Below the pieces are notes generated by a model that made no database searches, was not told where the DNA came from, and worked only from the letters and a program-made list of their open reading frames with translations. Below, piece by piece: positions 24,447-37,556 of a stretch of 64,000 nucleotides of DNA (the stretch's first letter is position 1; the number at the start of each line of letters is the position of its first letter). The position numbers were made by a program, and so were the translations under genes. This DNA is from Felis catus. Its lineage: Eukaryota. The stretch is from positions 41,356,001 through 41,420,000 of the forward strand of contig NC_058368.1 in NCBI RefSeq assembly GCF_018350175.1, read 5' to 3'.

Positions 24447-26129
24447 AAAATTCATCTTTTGATGAACCAATTTCTCTGATCAAACTGCAGATTTTGGAAA
24501 AGAAAGTCTCCAGTTCTTACTGACTGTGGATAAGCAGGATGGGAGAAATTATCTGAGTTACACTCAGTCTCCAAGTTATGCTAGTAACATAGCTGCCTAG
24601 TTAATTTTTTATACATTTAAAGAATTATGGAAAGATTAAATATTTTCCATATTACATGGATTAGGAAGAAGTGATAGGATTTATTCCTCCAATTTATTTC
24701 TACTCTTCTGATTTGTTCGTTCTATTTCTGAGATGCAAAAACAAGAATCAAGGAAAGGATAGCAGATTAAAACAGTATTTTAGAAACCTACCCCTGATTA
24801 ACTAGGCAACTTTCATTCAGGAAAGTTCAGAAAGCAGATGGTACACCCTCAAAACATCTTCATGAACTAAGGTAGTGCAAGGAAGCAACAAAATAGGTTT
24901 TAATGCTTTAGTCATGAGTGTTTTACCAGGAGGTCTTAGACAAACCAAAAGCACTGAGCTTTATGGAGCCCAGAGGTCATGTTTATTAGTCACTATAAAC
25001 CTTTCCCCAATAAAATGAAGGAAAACTAAAGAAAATTAAATAGCACTTATAGATGAATTTAGTGCTCTTCTTATTTATGGATTCTGATCAGGTAAGCATT
25101 AAGAATCATGGACAGTGTACTTTTTCTGGAAAAGACAGCTTTAGTTGATCTAATAAGTCCTGAAAGCTCTATTAAATATAGATTCAGAATAAGGTTTAAA
25201 TTATATAGCTACTAGCAAAATGTCATCTGAAAAGTGAACAAGACTAAGTCTAACCTACTTATCTCTGATTTATTAGTGCTTTATTAGATTGAGGAAAATT
25301 TTTTTCCTCTGATAGTTTACAGTTTCTACCACTTTTCCACAATTGGAAAAAAATAACTAAAACTACATATCTCAGGGATCCATAATGAATGCAGATTTAA
25401 TGTTGAACAATGTCAATGAATGGGAAAATGCAATCATTCATTTTACAGGAATTGCTAATTTAGGTTATCTCCTAACAAACTGTGGGCAATTTCAAAAAAA
25501 TAAAATACTCAATCCAAAGAATTTAAAACCATCTTGGCATATGTATGGTAATGCTAGACTTTTCCTCATAGCCTTGAAGTTAGAGCTAATTTTCTTAAAA
25601 TTCTTTATGTTTCTCAGCAAATTGGCAGTGCTATTGGCTTACAAAAATTGCTAAATTTCTGAAAAGACCATGTGTCTATTTTTTTAATGTTCATCATATG
25701 TATCTTTTGCAGGAGAAATAGTTAAAATTTGGCTCCTACACTTATAGAGATGAAGGAAGCTTAGAGGAAATTTGGTTCATTCTTCTCTGCTAAGCAATGA
25801 CTATTTCCACTGAGCAATTTCAGACTGATAAAAATCAATCCTGTTTTTCACAGAAGTCTATAACAAGTGATGGTAAGCCCTCTTTATCTAATAACAGTGT
25901 GCAAATTTCTTCCTTGTATGGAAATTATTTTTCAGTTGATCTCTACCATCACAAAGCCAAAAAGAAATTCCAGGGATAATTTATTCACCCTAGTGTTTTC
26001 ATGTGAGAAAGTAGCTGAATAATTAAGATCACTTACTGTCTATTCTACTTTTAAAGATCATTTCCTGATAGCTTGTGGAAGAAACATCACTCATATCTGA
26101 TTTCATAAGAAAGTAGTAGGAATTTTAGG

Positions 26130-26295
26130 ACAGACTCTGAAGGCAAAACATTTGAGTCTTACCCATTTTTTAAAATTTTGATCTTGGACAAGTTATTTCA
26201 ATTACCTGATACATGGTTTTCTCATTTGTAAAATCACAATAATAGTATGCCCCTATATGTTTATTGTAAGAATTAACTGTCGTAATTCATGTTGA
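26130..26295 (+). mobile_element. MIR
   Basis: tgatcttggacaagttattt...ggttttctcatttgtaaaat...ataatagta MIR core. Confidence 0.7.
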
Positions 26296-26633
26296 TTCTT
26301 TAAGAACATCATGTATATTTATAATATTGCCATAGCCTTTCTAACAAAGATTGCACTTTCTAAAGATATGATGTTACCCAATCTTTTGTATAGGCAAGCT
26401 GGGCATTTATCTATGAGATATGATTTAGGGGAAAAAAAGTTGTAGCACTTAAAAGTATTTTATACTTAAATCATAGTTGCCACACTATATTCCAATAGGG
26501 GATATTAATAGTTTGAACCAGATTAAATTCTGAAAGAGCATATGATCTTGTCTAATTTGTGAAACAGATTACACTTTTCAACATATATTGTATAAAACAT
26601 TATATCATATGGACATTCACAAAAAAGGATTCT

Positions 26634-26859
26634 AGGGGTGCCTGGGTGACTCAGTTGGTTATGCATCTGACTCTTGATAACCTGCTCAGGTCATGATCTT
26701 GCAGTCATGAGATTGAGCCCCACATAGGGCTCTGTGCTGAGCGTGGGGCCTGCTGGGACCCTCTCTCTCTTTCTCTCTCTCTGCCCCTCCCCTGTGCACA
26801 TGTACACATGCACATGTGCTCTTTCTCTCTCACACAATAAGTAAATAAACTTAAAAAAT
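26634..26859 (+). mobile_element. Can-SINE
   Basis: ggggtgcctgggtgactcagttggtta head; perfect TSD acaaaaaaggattc at 26619-26632 and 26860-26873. Confidence 0.96.
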
Positions 26860-27934
26860 ACAAAAAAGGATTCCATAGTTACCTACTTTAAAAAGCACTA
26901 TTTCCCACTGGTGATTTGAGTAATGTGTTATTACTCTAAAGATGAGGAGAAGATGTATGTTAAAGTTGCATAATTAACTTTACTCAAATGCCATTTACTG
27001 CTGTTATTTGACAACAGAATCTGTTTCCCCTTTAGAGATAATAGATAGTATCCTTTGGGATTAACATTGTGTGGAATACTTCTTATAAATGTTAGTCTAA
27101 GTGCTAATTTTAGGCCAGAAATCTGTTTACATATTTTTCTGACAATGTCTGTCCAAACTCTACTGAAAACTTTCAAGGGTGAAAGTTTGAAGAAACTCTA
27201 GAAACACATGATTCTGTCTTTTCACAGCTATAAATGTTAAGAAGTTTATGTTGGTATTATTTATAATTTATTTTTTTAATTTCTACTTATTTGTGCTGAT
27301 TTTAATCCTTTGACATCCTGGTAATCATTCTAATATTTGCAGATGTTGTCATGCTTCACTCTCTAGCTTTTTTTTTTTTTTTCTCTTCAAACTATATCTT
27401 CCTAATTCAGTCAGTTTGTACCTCTCATAATTGGAATTCAAATAATCTCATCATCACCTTAATCCATGAAATGTAATCTAGTTCACCAAACACTTGAGTT
27501 AGCAGCTAGGAATTGTTCTTTCCTTCTCCGATCCCATTCCCTTCCTCAAAGACAAGTCTCTAGCCCCATGTACTTTATGTTCTATTCTGTGGGTTTAGGC
27601 TATAAACCAATCTGAGTTATTATATTAGCTAATGACAAATATAAAGTATGGGGCATCCTAACGGTTATTTGATTTTTAAGGGGAATCTTGATAAGGAAAG
27701 CCCATTAAAGTACAAGGTAATTACATTCTAATGGTGAAGTTATATGAGATTATATTTTAGAAAGAGTTTAAACCTACATCAAATCACAACTTGAAAAACT
27801 TCTGATTCTAACTACCCACAAGGGGTCATACTCTTTTCAAGATTCATTGAGACACACTCTCAATTTCTCTACTTTTCCATAGAGTTTGTTTTAGATTCAA
27901 AAGCCCATGGCCATTTCAGTCAGAGAGCATTAAG

Positions 27935-28045
27935 AGTATGAGACCTTTGTGACTATCTACTCTACCTTATCTTTTTATAGCTGACAAAAGTAATGCCCAG
28001 AGAAATTTAGAAATTTGCACAGGGTCATGCCATTAGTTCACTATG
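27935..28045 (-). mobile_element. MIR-family fragment
   Basis: tttttatagctgacaaaagtaatgcccagaga...tttgcacagggtcatgccattagt resembles the reverse MIR core. Confidence 0.5.
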
Positions 28046-29352
28046 AAGATGTCTCTTACTTAAATCTATTCTTCCTGAGTCTTATGCTCATTTTTTTTAT
28101 TATAACTCCATAAAACCCCTATCAGCCAATGTTTGTGGGGATAAGGTGTTGTTTTAAACAGTAGGAAACTTATTCTCAAGTTAGTATGTAGTCCATGCAT
28201 AGCATACTTATGCATGGAGAGACCAGTTTTATTTCTTTCATATTTTAAAACACACATTACCAGAAATGTATATGACCTGTGGAATACAAAATTTGCTAAT
28301 GATATTAGAACTATCCAAGTTGCCTTTGAAATGTGTGTTTATCTTTTTGAGAGTTAATTTCTATGCAATCACAAATTTAATTGGAACTTACAATTAGTAG
28401 GCAGGTGTATGCTTTAGTGAGCCATCCAAATTCAATAGCATTTAATGGCTATTTGATTGGCATCATCAATACAATATGTCTTCTCTAGCAGAGACCTATA
28501 TCATGCACAGTCATTTCAAAATTTAGCACAAATTACGTTTTAAGCCAAAGGGTTAATCATCGTCCCTTCTTTCAGAATACAATTGAGAATAGTTGTTCAG
28601 GCAACTGTGAGATACATTGCTTGGTGCCCGCGTTACTGTGCGTAAAACAATGGGCTTCAGTTTGCAGTGCCATCAGCCTGGTACATGTCACTAATACTGA
28701 ATTCATTTTTTAGAGCAAAACCATATACCCATCTTCCATTGCAATTACTGCAGAGGAGGAGAGATTGAGAAGTAAAAATGAAACATTTCAAGGATGAATG
28801 GGCACTGAAAATTGGTAAAGTGGCAGGAAAGTCCAAGTTTGAAGAATGAAGAAGTGAATGTACATAGAAAAAGCAGTTTGGAAAACATGAAAAAAATGAT
28901 ATTTTGCAGAAACATCTGTTTGCTGTTGCTGAAAAATTTTAGCATTTAAATGTTCTCATTTGGGCTCTGAAGTTAGCACTTCCCTGAAGTAGTTCACACC
29001 TTTGCTATTGCTCCTGTTCAGCTACAGATCATTTTATGCAAGGCTGATTTTAACAAGAAAATGGTGCATTAATTTACAGTGTGTTGAGTATTTTAGAAGT
29101 GGCAAAATCTAGGCCTTTGTGAAATTTTAGAATCTGAAGAAAATAGAAATACTTATGTAAAGCTCTTTAAAAACACCAGAATGGCTTCATGCACAAGAAA
29201 TTACACTCTGATTAAGATCATTAGAAAATTCAGTTGTATATAAAAAATCAACCTCCTAACTAGTGGATTTTCTATGACTCTGCAGAGTCTCTATTTAATA
29301 ACGAAGCAGATATAATCTTAGACATGATCTGACAAGACTTTTTTTATAATAT

Positions 29353-29530
29353 TTTTCTCTCTTACCTACTTGCTCTCACTTTTCCTTCCCTTTCTTTACC
29401 TTCTCTCTGTCTCCTCTCTCTGCTCACTTCAATTCTTTTTTCATTCTGTTGTCATTTTTCTATTTTCCCTTCTTCTTATTCTCTCCATTGTTCCTCTTCT
29501 TTTTTTTTTCCCTGTCTCTAAGCCTTTTCT
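29353..29530. repeat. CT-rich low-complexity tract
   Basis: Direct reading. Confidence 0.75.
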
Positions 29531-29855
29531 AAAAATTTCAAATATTTTAAATGTGTCTCTATTAAAAAGAGCAAACTTAATAATGGCAGCCTATTCACTC
29601 TCTTATCTCCCTCATTAGAGTAGTTGATATTTTGGAGTCATGTATTTCTGAAATAGCTCAATATTTTATATGCAGTTAAGATAAGCAATGGAACTACATG
29701 GGCATTATAAATGTATCTTGATATATGCGTGTCTTACAAATACCAAAACTAAAAGGCCAAATTAATTCAAATTTAGAGATTCTGTTTTCGTTGTGTAACT
29801 GCATAAAGTACTCCAAATTAAAACCATAGATATGAAGTTGTGTCCTTTTATTTAA

Positions 29856-30071
29856 AACATTTGTTTAATGTTTATTTATTTTCGAGAGAGAGAAACACAG
29901 AGTGTGAGCAGGGAAGGGTCAGAGAGAGAGAGGAAGACACAGAATCTGAAGCAGACACCAGGCTCTGAGCTGTCAGCACAGAGCCAGAAATGGGGCTTGA
30001 ACCCATGAACTGTGAAACCATGACCTGAGCCAAAATTGGATGCTTTACCAACTGAGCCACCCAGGCACCCC
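29856..30071 (-). mobile_element. Can-SINE
   Basis: T tail, GA tract, agaatctgaagcag...ctgagccacccaggcacccc. Confidence 0.96.
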
Positions 30072-30254
30072 TGGATCTTTTTATTTTAAATTATAAGTAT
30101 TGAAGCTGTGAAAGAACACTCTTCTGATGTGTTAAGGACTCCCTCTTGCCATAAGTACCATGATAATTGAGTAACCAATGGTTTTATTAATAATCCATAT
30201 GGATTGATTTTTTAAGCTATTTTCCCTTAGCTTAAAGGACAACCCTCTTATACT

Positions 30255-30740
30255 GTTATGTAAGGTTGGGATGCTGGAAAACAAGTTTCAGTTTTTCCAG
30301 CAGGCTTCCTGCTGGACTCTGCTAACAGAGGGCATTTGAAGGAGGGAGAAGGGACACCCTACTTCCTGCAAAACTCCAGCAGTAGTTCTTTACCCTGACA
30401 TAGCAGTTTGTCCCTCCAGCGGCCGTAGGTTCCGGGTTGGGATTTTCTTTTATTCTTGGAATAACCCCTTCGTCCCCCTTCAGAAGAACAAGCCACAACC
30501 CATTGATCCCCTTTCTCAGAAATCTAGCACCCAGCTCCATAGGGCTTCTTGTCCAAGTTTGCAAGGCTTAATAATTCCAACCCCTTCTCACCCCGGTGGT
30601 AGTAGGTATCTTTTATAGTTACTACCATAGTGTTTCCTCTTTGTCTGTTCATTTTTCTAATCCTTGGATAAGAATTCCTCATATGAAATTCTCTTTGTTA
30701 AAATAATGATGTCGTCTCTGATCTCCTGACCGGATATACC
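30255..30740 (+). mobile_element. ERV-L LTR (LTR33/LTR41-like)
   Basis: tctgctaacagagggcatttgaaggag near the start; 3' end aattcctcatatgaaattctctttgttaaaata...tctgatctcctgacc. Confidence 0.65.
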
Positions 30741-31514
30741 ATTTCTTATTTCAGGCCACTAACTCCTAGCTATATGTACTTAAGTGGAAATAACTAGAGA
30801 GATAAAAGCTGGGAGTTCATTTCTCTCCTCAACTCCCCTGCATGTACAATTTCCCCTAGAAAACACTGGATCATAGGACTGATTTATAGTATTTTTCTAA
30901 GGTTAAAAAAAAAAAAGCTGCATCTTACAGTTACCCTACTAGGTTTTATTTCAACATACATCATTGTTATAAAAAAAAGGTATCATTTTGATTATAATAT
31001 ACTTCAAGTAATCGTATTGGAAAAAAGATAGATTAGAGTTTATAAAGTTACTACAGTGAGCTATACTTAAGGACAAAAACTATATAGACCCACTGAATAA
31101 GAACCTTAAGCAAAACAGTATTTAGAGCATTCATTCATTCAAAAATAAACATTGATTATGTGACAAATATGTTCCTTTGAGAAATTAAAAACACAGTTCT
31201 TATTTTCAAAGATTTTATATCTTGTGTAGACAACAGCTTGACACCAGATCATATGAAGTTGAAAATATCTCAAACATACCCTGTAACTTTTAAGAGTACT
31301 AAGCCACGAGGAATACAAAAAATACAGGGGGAAAAATTAAAGGAATTTGTGCAGTCATATACAGTATTAGTGGAGGCATCAAGCAGGACACAGATCACTC
31401 CACAAACACACACTTTGATGTTTTAATGGTGATAGTAATATCTGAGAATACAGTATAAACATCAGAAATAGCTCTCCTTCATACAGCCTATTACCTAAAG
31501 TAAATTGTGTGGAG

Positions 31515-32028
31515 ATTTATTCTGCTAGGATTACTTAATGCTTCATAAAAAACAAAACCTAGTGGTTTAAATAGTTATCAGTTATTCTGCTCCTGAATCT
31601 ACAATGAAAGACACTTCATCCTTGCTTTAATCAATTTGAGATACAACGTCTCCGCTTGAATTAGAGGACCACTTCTAGGGTGGTTGGTTTGTATAGCAAG
31701 TAAATTGGTGCAGGCAGCTCATCTGAAAGTTTAGTTATGGTTAGAAGCAGGGCCTGCGCCCCCTTCACTGGGCCCTTTCACATGGGGGAAGCTTGCGCTT
31801 CCTCACAAGATGGTGGCTAAGTTACAAAATATTCTAAGAGACAGGAAATAGAAGTCACCAATCCTACAAGGGATCATCCCAGAATGAGACACAATCTACT
31901 TTCCCTGTATTTTTTCTGATTAATTAGTCACAGAGCCTTCATAGATTCTAAAATAGGGTTTGGCACAGACCCCACTTTTCAGTGGGAGGATTGTCCAGAA
32001 ATGTGAAGCCATCTTTAGTGTACTATAT
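31515..32028 (-). mobile_element. MaLR LTR (MLT1G/H-like)
   Basis: aaaacctagtggtttaaa...cttcctcacaagatggtggct...cagaccccacttttcagtgggagga...gccatctt. Confidence 0.75.
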
Positions 32029-32132
32029 ATTCATTCTATAATATTTGTATTTATCTCTTACTTAAGCTAGCATATATTCAGGAAATCAGTTTAAAAATGT
32101 CAACATCAAGACATGAAGAACAGCTCCTAATC

Positions 32133-32308
32133 AGGGTGCGTGGGTGGCTCAGTTCATTGAGAGTTTGAGTCTTAATTTCAGCTCAGGTCATGATCCCAGG
32201 TGGTGGCTCTGTGTGGAGCTTATTTAAGATTCATTTTCTCCCTCCACCCCTCCCACCTGCTCTGTACTCACTCTCTTAAAAACAAACAAACAAACAAACA
32301 AACAAAAA
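32133..32308 (+). mobile_element. Can-SINE, internally shortened, (AAAC)n tail
   Basis: gggtgcgtgggtggctcagtt...gctcaggtcatgatcccagg; flanking aacagctc duplication. Confidence 0.88.
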
Positions 32309-32338
32309 ACAGCTCACAGTTAAAAATTATGTCCAGAT

Positions 32339-32497
32339 GGGGCACCTGGGAGGCCTAGTCATTTAAGCATTTGACTTTGGCTCAGGTCACGATCTCATGG
32401 TTCCTGAGTTTGAACCCCACATCCACTTTGGATCCTCTGTCCCCCTCTCTCTGCCCCTACCCTTCTCATTCTCTCTCTCTCTCTCAAATAAACATTA
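32339..32497 (+). mobile_element. Can-SINE, internally shortened
   Basis: ggggcacctgggaggcctagtc...ctcaggtcacgatctcatgg; TSD aaaaa(t/a)tatgtccaga. Confidence 0.92.
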
Positions 32498-33074
32498 AAA
32501 AAATATGTCCAGAGATTGCATTGCTTATTTAAAAAAGTTTGTTAGATATATCCATGGGAAGTACCACTAAAAAATGGGTATGGGCATTGGCTACTACATC
32601 TTGAACTGCAACTTCTGCATCTACCCAAAGATAGATAAGAAGACTTGATAATAAATAAGGAGTTGGGATTTTTCTCTTTCAATCATCTTGCCTTAGTGTT
32701 TTTAAAAGTCACAGCATGCGTTTGATATATAGCTTATCATCATTGCTGTTTTCTTATCCATGTCTATGTACCTTTCTACAATGTAAATTCCAGAATGGCA
32801 AGATTTGTCTTGCAATATATTTCTTAACTACTGATATTAGTAAGTTCCTGAGGTAAAGTTGATAAATTATAGTAGACTGACAAAGTGATAATTATTCCTG
32901 ATTAGTCATTCTAAGGCAGAGAAACAGCAAGCATTCAGTATATATATACACACAAACTGGATATTATTGTGGAAGATATACATATATATTTTCTTATAAC
33001 TCTCTTCTTACTGATACTCCTTGTTATTTGCCATAACTCTAATTCTGCTTAAGCCATTGATTTAAGGAAATTTT

Positions 33075-33227
33075 ATGACATCTGGGATTTACTTCAAATT
33101 AATTTAGGGGGAAGAAAAATGGGTGGGGATACAAATCAAACAATATTGGCCAAGAATTGATACTTGAGGGTTAGTTACACTATTCATTATCCTTTTGTAT
33201 ATGTTTGAAATTTTCCATAATAAAAAG
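33075..33227 (+). mobile_element. Old L1M (L1MC/ME-type) 3' end
   Basis: tctgggatttacttcaaa...ttttgtatatgtttgaaattttccataataaaaag. Confidence 0.7.
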
Positions 33228-33265
33228 TCAAATGCAGAAGTTTTACTCATGATAAAAGGCTAAGA

Positions 33266-33397
33266 TAGATAAAGAGGGTTAAGAGTACACTTAATGTGAT
33301 GAGCACTGGGCAATGTATAGAAATGTTGAATCTCTATATTGTACATCTGAAATTAATAGAACACTGAATGTTAATTATACTTCAATAAAAGAAATTT
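33266..33397 (+). mobile_element. Carnivore L1 3' terminal fragment
   Basis: ttaagagtacactt..gtgatgagcactgggcaatgtatagaa...aattatacttcaataaaa; TSD aaagg(c/t)taaga. Confidence 0.8.
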
Positions 33398-34419
33398 AAA
33401 GGTTAAGAAAAGGCATATGAGTAATATTTCTGGGTTTGACTTTCTGATAGAAATTTGTTAAATAGTACTAATCCTGAAAGATTTTGAGAACATCAATTTT
33501 CAATCTTGTTAGTTTAATGATGATCTCTTATAATTAAGAAGAAGCTGATATGTATTGCTTAATCAAAAAGAAGAATCTTTAGACACCAAAATATTTCATA
33601 TCCAACAGTGATTTGAAATCCATAGATCCTAACAATTTTCTCTTATTCCTTTCAAAAAACGTATGCTTAATGTGAAATTTTAGTACCCTTCAGCAGCAAA
33701 AAATAATCTTCACTATGTAAATTGATGCAAGATTGTCACACTAAGCCTTCAGCCAAATAGACTAAAACAATATGACCAAAGGTGATGTTATATTTCACAT
33801 ATTAATGAAGCGTTACTTTAGAAATAAAAGAGGAACTATTTAAATATTAACACTATTAATCCAGTATATCAAAACAAACACCTACCCTTCATACATATTT
33901 AAAGACTGGGAAGGAGATAAACTATTTCAACATTGAGTTCTATTCTTCCTTAAATAGACAAGGATCACCCTTCAGAGAATAGGGCTGTTGAGGTCTTCCC
34001 TCACTGCAATTTCATCAGTTGGTATGTGCTGTAACATTTAGATAGAAAATAATAGTGATTTGTGGGGTTTTTTTCTAGAGAGAAAGATAATACATTTTTG
34101 TAGCCATGCTTAAGAAAAATCTACTGTATTTATGTAGCTACTTGTGTTTATGTACTATTCACACAAATTTACTTACACCTTAGCACTTGGTAGATAAAAA
34201 TGTGTTGAATGTTCATAGTACTTACAATATTATGTTGCCTTCTTTGGAGAAGAAATTCTCCTTAACTTTGTAAAAAGAATTTAAGGTAACAGAAAGGGGA
34301 AACATTAGACTTTGTGAAAACTAAGTTATGGTTTCTATTTTGCTGTGTCTATATACTTCCTGGAGCTTCAGATCCATCAAAAAAAAAAAAAAAGGAAAAT
34401 TGTGAGATTATATGGCTAC

Positions 34420-34690
34420 TAGCTGTAATAGTTTCTGTGGGTCCTGTAATAGAATAATGATGATTGTTCCAACAGATAAACCCCAGTGGAATTTTCTTTC
34501 TCACTTATTGAACATTGCAGTGTAGATTTTCAGTAAGCAACCTTCCATGAGGCAATTCAAGAAGTCAGGTTCCTTCCAAATCTTGCCTCTATCATCAATG
34601 TTTCCTCAAATTGCTAGTTAATAAGTAAGCAGGTGGGCTTATTTGTTAACAACTTCAGCCCCCAAATTACACTTATAACAGCTGCAATAC
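34420..34690 (-). mobile_element. Old MaLR LTR fragment (MLT1J/K-like)
   Basis: ttctcacttattgaacatt...ccatgaggcaattcaagaagtcaggttccttcca. Confidence 0.45.
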
Positions 34691-34971
34691 CCCAAATAGA
34701 GGTAGAAATTCCATTAGAAATGGATAGAGGAGAATGACATTCCCAAGATGGCAAAGACCCCAGCTTACATTCTTCCACAAAGGTCAATACTTAGACATCT
34801 ATAAAGAAACAAATCAGTTTTGGGAGAGCTCCAGAGTCCACTTAAGAAGCTTCAGCAATATACTGGAAGAAAAAAAACTTGAGAATAACAGCACAGAATG
34901 GAAAAACAGATCAGCTTTATTTTCTCTGTACCATCCCATCCCCAAGGCCAGGACTACTCATTGCAAAAATA

Positions 34972-35141
34972 CACACACATTGTACCAGTGTCAGAATCCT
35001 GTACTACAGGATTTGGTTTTGATCCTGTACTACAATTATGCAAATGTTACCACTGGGGGAAACTGGGTGAAGAATACATGAGCTGTTTCCCTATCTTTGC
35101 AATGACGCGTGCACCTATAATAATTTCAAATTTAAAAATTT
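34972..35141 (+). mobile_element. Old L1M (L1MD/MC-type) 3' end
   Basis: ttgtaccagtgtca...atgttaccactgggggaaactgggtgaag...ctataataatttcaaa. Confidence 0.75.
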
Positions 35142-35494
35142 TTGAATGGTATATTTGATTTGCTTTTTTCAAACTGTTCCATATAGTGTAACCATACTCA
35201 AAGTCCTTTCTTGTACATAATTTTAAAGTCCCTTTTATTATTTTTGGCTTCCTTGCATCCATGTTCACTCACTGCCCTTACTTTGTGATGGCTACTTTAA
35301 GCGATCTGAAAGGCTCAAGTTTTTAACAATAAATTCTAATCTGAAACAATACGTTTTAATATTTTCTGTGATATATGTCATTTGCTTAAATAAGAAGTCT
35401 TACAAAACTTTTGTCCCTCAAAACCCCTTCAGTCCTTAGTCATTAACACTGGTAACACAAGTGGAGTTATTCTGTAATATAAAACTAAAATGTG

Positions 35495-35700
35495 ACACTG
35501 GTGTAATCGACAGGCAGTGTGAGAAAACAGATACCAGACGTTGGAAAGCTACCTATCTTTGTTGTGAACTGACAAATTTTGGGGCAACTCATTATTACTA
35601 ATAACTTGGAAGGCAGGCCACATGCCTATTGAGCTTGAAGTTTTATTGAAAATGGCAGTAAAGAGCCAGAGTTAGAATCAGGCCACTGCTCTTGGTTGAG
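35495..35700 (+). mobile_element. Possible MaLR internal (MLT1-int) fragment
   Basis: taacttggaaggcaggccacatgcctattgagcttg resembles MLT1-int. Confidence 0.4.
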
Positions 35701-35914
35701 TGGCCTCCGTGCCATAGATATCAACTAGTATTTGTTTTATTTGGCTTTGGTATTTTAAAGACATCATATCTTATTTGTAGTATAGTAGAAATTGTTTCTA
35801 AAGGTTAATCACCCTATTTCCAAGAGGCTACAGATTATTTCAAGTACTATTAAATACTCCTTAGTGCAATGATCATTTATATGACAATGTAGCCATATTA
35901 AAATTACTATTTGT

Positions 35915-36425
35915 GTCAATTATGTTTTTCCTGCAAATAACAGAATAGTTATTTTTAAGTAAGTCTTAAGCATAAAAGATTTATTATCACAACATAATAG
36001 CTATACATAGGTCAGAAGATCCAGAGTTTGTTCTGTGGCTCAATAATGTCAGGAATCTGGGTCAACTTCTCTGCAAAGCTCTTGCCCTTCTCCTCATGGT
36101 TACGAAATGGCTTCTAGCATCTCTAAGCCATATACAAAAATATCCCAAACGAAGAAAGAGGTGTGAGACGAAGTATGGTGAGATAGCTTACATAGCATTT
36201 CTCTCTTTCTTAAATAAATAAATATTTTGCAGAAGTCTCTCTGTCAGTAAAAATTCCCCTTATATTTTGCCATATCTGGTCATATAACCACCCCTAAGCC
36301 AATCATGAGCACAAGAGTTCATCTTCTAGAGATAATTGTTCAAATATCTGACTAGCTCCAGAACAAACACTGCAATTCCTTTAGCCAGAAAGAAGGGGAG
36401 TTAGATCACAGCAGTGACTACCACA
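35915..36425 (-). mobile_element. Old MaLR LTR (MLT1K/L-like)
   Basis: tgcaaataacagaa...tggctcaataatgtcagga...ctcatggttacgaaatggct...ccacccctaagccaatca...actaccaca. Confidence 0.68.
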
Positions 36426-37043
36426 AATTACAGGACAGAATTAAAGACAGTTATGAGTACTAATAAAACCCAGTGTACCTTAATAAATATAACAGAAATT
36501 GTGGGTGACAAATGCGTTAGTTTTATTGAACTTGGTTAGAGTTTCACTCAGATACCACTACTTAGTACATATTAAAGATTAGAATCTCATAAAATATCTG
36601 ATATACAAGTTTTTTTTTCCCATTCAGTGTCACTACATATGACCTAGGTAGGTGGTCCTACCTCCATCTCACTTTCCTCTACTGGTAATGGAAGATTTGA
36701 GGGACAAATTGTCATTTGTGATAAACATACTACCAAACCTACTTTGATAATCATAACTACTCCATTTTATTAATCCCTAAAATAACAGTGAACTTTAGAT
36801 AACATATCCTAAATATAGATTCCATAATCTTCCATAAAGATTCTCCATTTTACCCTACCCAACATATGCATGGTATCATTGACCACAATGATCCTTAAAT
36901 TCATAAGAAAGGGAAGGAACTACATTGATGGGGAAGCTATATCTTACCAACCTCTTCAGGCAAGTTGAAAATTATCACAATAGTTCAAAAGAAATACTAA
37001 GGGAATAAAAAGTTGTGAATATTTATTGAAATAATATATTTAA

Positions 37044-37263
37044 GGGGCGCCTGGGTGGCGCAGTTGGTTGAGCCTCCGACTTCAGCCAGGTCACGATCTC
37101 GCGGTCCGTGAGTTCGAGCCCCGCGTCGGGCTCTGGGCTGATGGCTCAGAGCCTGGAGCCTGTTTCCGATTCTGTGTCTCCCTCTCTCTCTGCCCCTCCC
37201 CCGTTCATGCTCTGTCTCTCTCTGTCCCAAAAATGAATAAATGTTGAAAAAAAAGTTTAAAAA
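37044..37263 (+). mobile_element. Young SINEC_Fc-like Can-SINE
   Basis: Near-consensus, CpG-rich; perfect TSD gaaataatatatttaa(g) at 37028-37044 and 37264-37280. Confidence 0.98.
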
Positions 37264-37389
37264 GAAATAATATATTTAAGCAATAAAGATTTACTTGTTA
37301 TTTTTCAAAAATACGCTGTGCGATTACTATACATTGAATGGGCACTTACTATGAACAATACAGGGTATGATCACTGAGTAATAGGAAGG

Positions 37390-37556
37390 TTTTTTTTTTA
37401 AGTTTTTGTTTAATTCCAGTTAGTTAACATACAGTATTATATTAACTTCTGGTGTATAATATAGTGAAGCAACAGTTCTGTATGTCACCAAGGGCTTGTT
37501 ATAACAAGCGTGCTCCTTAATACCCATCACCTACTTAACCCATTACCCCCACTCCT
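37390..37556 (-). mobile_element. Carnivore L1 3' terminal fragment
   Basis: T tail, aattccagttagttaacatacagtattatatt...ctccttaatacccatcaccta; TSD tgagtaatag(g/a)aag(g/a)ttt. Confidence 0.88.

Noticed and set aside
29370..29618. Hydrophobic 82-aa ORF resembling a membrane peptide
   Set aside because: Product of a CT-rich low-complexity tract
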